DNA from: an uncultured Planctomycetaceae bacterium
GTDB taxonomy: Bacteria; Planctomycetota; Planctomycetia; Planctomycetales; Planctomycetaceae
Assembly (NCBI GenBank): GCA_963976765.1
Contig: CAXBME010000037.1
Span: forward strand, 52,307 to 72,306
Reading direction: 5' to 3'
Length of the DNA: 20,000 nucleotides
Part shown: in pieces, positions 17,873 to 20,000 of the stretch
How the letters are laid out: the number at the start of each line of letters is the position of its first letter
Position numbering within the stretch: the first letter of the stretch is position 1
Translations under genes and position numbers: made by a program
The notes under the pieces: generated by a model
Database searches by the model: none
What the model was told of the DNA's origin: nothing
Seen by the model: the letters and a program-made list of their open reading frames with translations, nothing else

Positions 17873-19093
17873 TCAGGCCGCGTTTTCTGGACCATCCAGT
17901 TCCGCTTCAGGCCTGATGAAGTTTATCAACTGCATCCTTCGCTGGGCATCCTCATTTCGCAAGTGCCGATAGATTGAGACCGTTTTCGAATCCCGGTGAC
18001 CGACCCAGTCCATGATCTCTCCCTCCGTCGCTCCGCTGATGAAGGCTTGCGAGATGAAGTAGTGTCTGAATGAATGGAAACGAGCGTGCTTGAATCCGAT
18101 CTCACCATCCGAGGTTGGGAATTCTTCTGAGAGCGGCTCAATGACGAAGTCGACGAACTTTTCGCGAATTCGATCTTCTCTAATTTTGCGACCTGTTGGG
18201 CCGCTCAGAACGTTTCCGTGTTTCGAACGAGTGAGTTGACTGAGCAGCGCTTTGACTTCCGGGTGCAGCGGAATGGTTCGACTCCGCCGGCCTTTCGTGC
18301 GTCTCGCCGTGCCCATGTCAGTACGTCGCTTGCTTGATCGCTCATCAGTCAGTCGTATTGCGTTGCCTTTAAAATCAATGTCTGTCCAACGCAGTCCGGC
18401 GAGTTCGCCAATCCTCAATCCCGTGCAGGCAAGTACGAGTATGATGTTTCGAAGCCAGGCCAGTTCAGGATGCTTTTCACAATGCTGCAACATAGCGAGC
18501 ACCTGTTCCCGCGAGTAACAATAAGTGTCGTTGCCGATGGGCTTCGCGAGCCGGAAACGAAAACTTGCCTCACGCGGAAGATGCCTCTCGTCCATCAACC
18601 AGTTCAGCACCGATTTCACCTCGGTGAGTTCGAAATACAGCGAGCGGGCTGCATAACGGGAGCTGAGTGCGCGTCCGTATGCCTGAAGTTCCCCTTTGCC
18701 GAAATCGTTCCAGAATTGAATTTTCTTCCTGGTACAGAATTCTTGATGCAGCACACTGCTGCGGCGGTATTTGTTCAACGTTTTTCGAGAGACGCCGCCC
18801 ATCACTCCGGGACGTTCGGCCCACTCAAGGTACAGATCCCAACCACTCTGAATCGTCAGGCGGTCATCGGGATCAACTCCGGTATCTCGTGTCAGCCCAT
18901 GCTCAATCGCCTTGCGGTAGTCGAGTTTTCTGAGATTAGCCTCGGCTTCTGCTCGATCGCGAGTGCCGAGCGAGTGCTTGCCAAGATTGAGGTGTTCGAA
19001 TCGGCCATCTGCGTAGAAGACTCCATTTCGTTGAAACAATCTCCAGCGAAAGATATTGACAACTGACGTGTACGTGTTTTTTCGTGCAGGCAT
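17873..19093 (-). CDS. Tyrosine recombinase/phage-type integrase
   Basis: 406 aa with the full canonical catalytic set: TGLRIGELAGLRWTDIDF, TKGRRSR, HSFRHYF, WVGH and IYRH. RBS AAGGAG upstream. Confidence 0.95.
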   Translation of the reverse strand: MPARKNTYTSVVNIFRWRLFQRNGVFYADGRFEHLNLGKHSLGTRDRAEAEANLRKLDYRKAIEHGLTRDTGVDPDDRLTIQSGWDLYLEWAERPGVMGGVSRKTLNKYRRSSVLHQEFCTRKKIQFWNDFGKGELQAYGRALSSRYAARSLYFELTEVKSVLNWLMDERHLPREASFRFRLAKPIGNDTYCYSREQVLAMLQHCEKHPELAWLRNIILVLACTGLRIGELAGLRWTDIDFKGNAIRLTDERSSKRRTDMGTARRTKGRRSRTIPLHPEVKALLSQLTRSKHGNVLSGPTGRKIREDRIREKFVDFVIEPLSEEFPTSDGEIGFKHARFHSFRHYFISQAFISGATEGEIMDWVGHRDSKTVSIYRHLRNEDAQRRMQLINFIRPEAELDGPENAA

Positions 19094-19120
19094 TCGTTAC
19101 TCCTTGAAACTTCATATGTG

Positions 19121-19399
19121 TTACGTTTTCCACTTCGGTTTTCTCCCGGACTTTGGACGTACCGGTAGCCTGGACGATGCTTGCTTGCTGGGCTCAGCGT
19201 TTTTCAGCAGCACGTCAGACGGGAAGAGCAGCTTGCCGCGCGGGCCGCCTGGCTGTAGAAAAGGAATTCGACCAGCCTTGACGAGCCGACGAAGCTGGGA
19301 AACAGAGAGGCGAGATTGAGTGCTGAGCTCGCTGATTGTCAGGAGCCTGGTCTCATTGCTCTCAGGTGGTTCCAAAGCCATCTTACCGTCCCTCATCAT
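19121..19399 (-). CDS. Excisionase-like helix-turn-helix DNA-binding protein (recombination directionality factor candidate)
   Basis: 92 aa and basic, with LLTISELSTQSRLSVSQLRRLVKAGRIPFLQPGG...KLLF (Xis/MerR-like HTH pattern). It lies immediately upstream of the integrase on the same strand. Confidence 0.8.
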   Translation of the reverse strand: MMRDGKMALEPPESNETRLLTISELSTQSRLSVSQLRRLVKAGRIPFLQPGGPRGKLLFPSDVLLKNAEPSKQASSRLPVRPKSGRKPKWKT

Positions 19400-19541
19400 C
19401 TGAACCGGAATCCGGGATAACTCCCTATTTCTTCCAGTTCCGAGATAAGGCCGACGCTATTTCGGAAAACCCTGACAGTTCGCATCAAGGCGAACGCATC
19501 GCAAGCCATGGGCCTGCAGACTGTCATGCCGAAGCGTGAAT

Positions 19542-20000
19542 TCAGTCGTCATCGACGAGCCTATTGCGAAGTTTACGGAGTGCGCATAGCACTGAGTCAC
19601 TCTCTTCCAATACGAAGCGTTTGATGATCGATTCTTCAGGCTCATTGCTTCGAAACGCTTCGTATAATTCACCCAACGCAAGATCACCCATGACGTCATC
19701 TACGCCTGGTACTATCTCAGCAATGATATTTTCTTCGTTTGTGAGACTGGACTCAGAAGCAGCGGCGACGCTCTTACGCCTGCTGGTTCGGCGGGAAAGT
19801 GGCTGCAACCCCGATCCTACCAATTCAGCCAGCTTGTATTGCCCGACAATTTCCAACCACGCGTCTTTGGAATACTCGACTCCAGTAATCAATTGAAAGC
19901 AGGCTTTGTAGCGGTCATGCAGTGTTGTGATTGAGAGGCGTGTTTCTGGAGTGCCCCTGATTTCTGTACCACGGCTTATGAGAGTTCGGGTTGGGTAAGG
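19542..20000 (-). CDS. Hypothetical protein, 3' part only (start lies beyond the right edge)
   Basis: The frame of ORF 19542..19892 stays open up to position 20000 (PYPTRTLISRGTEIRGTPETRLSITTLHDRYKACFQLITG...). Confidence 0.65.
   Translation of the reverse strand, partial: PYPTRTLISRGTEIRGTPETRLSITTLHDRYKACFQLITGVEYSKDAWLEIVGQYKLAELVGSGLQPLSRRTSRRKSVAAASESSLTNEENIIAEIVPGVDDVMGDLALGELYEAFRSNEPEESIIKRFVLEESDSVLCALRKLRNRLVDDD

Overview
An accessory or genomic-island region; moderate GC and gene style tentatively suggest a Planctomycete-like host. The left part (1-11865) is a protease-rich, probably defence-related cluster: a 1578-aa NACHT/STAND NTPase with a helical-repeat sensor region fused to a C-terminal CHAT (caspase-like) protease, translationally coupled to a 755-aa TPR protein that resembles a TPR-CHAT protein without its CHAT domain. 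The cluster also has two divergent HEXXH zinc metallopeptidases (one Lit/U49- or M48-like) and a partial hypothetical ORF running off the left edge. An intact IS3-family element (12320-13597; 40-bp TIRs, 3-bp target duplication, -1 frameshift motif) sits upstream of the STAND gene. The right part holds two related, convergent tyrosine recombinases flanking an att-like junction: a tRNA 3'-end fragment, a hairpin and two different sets of arm-type repeats. An excisionase-like HTH gene and several hypothetical genes complete the window.
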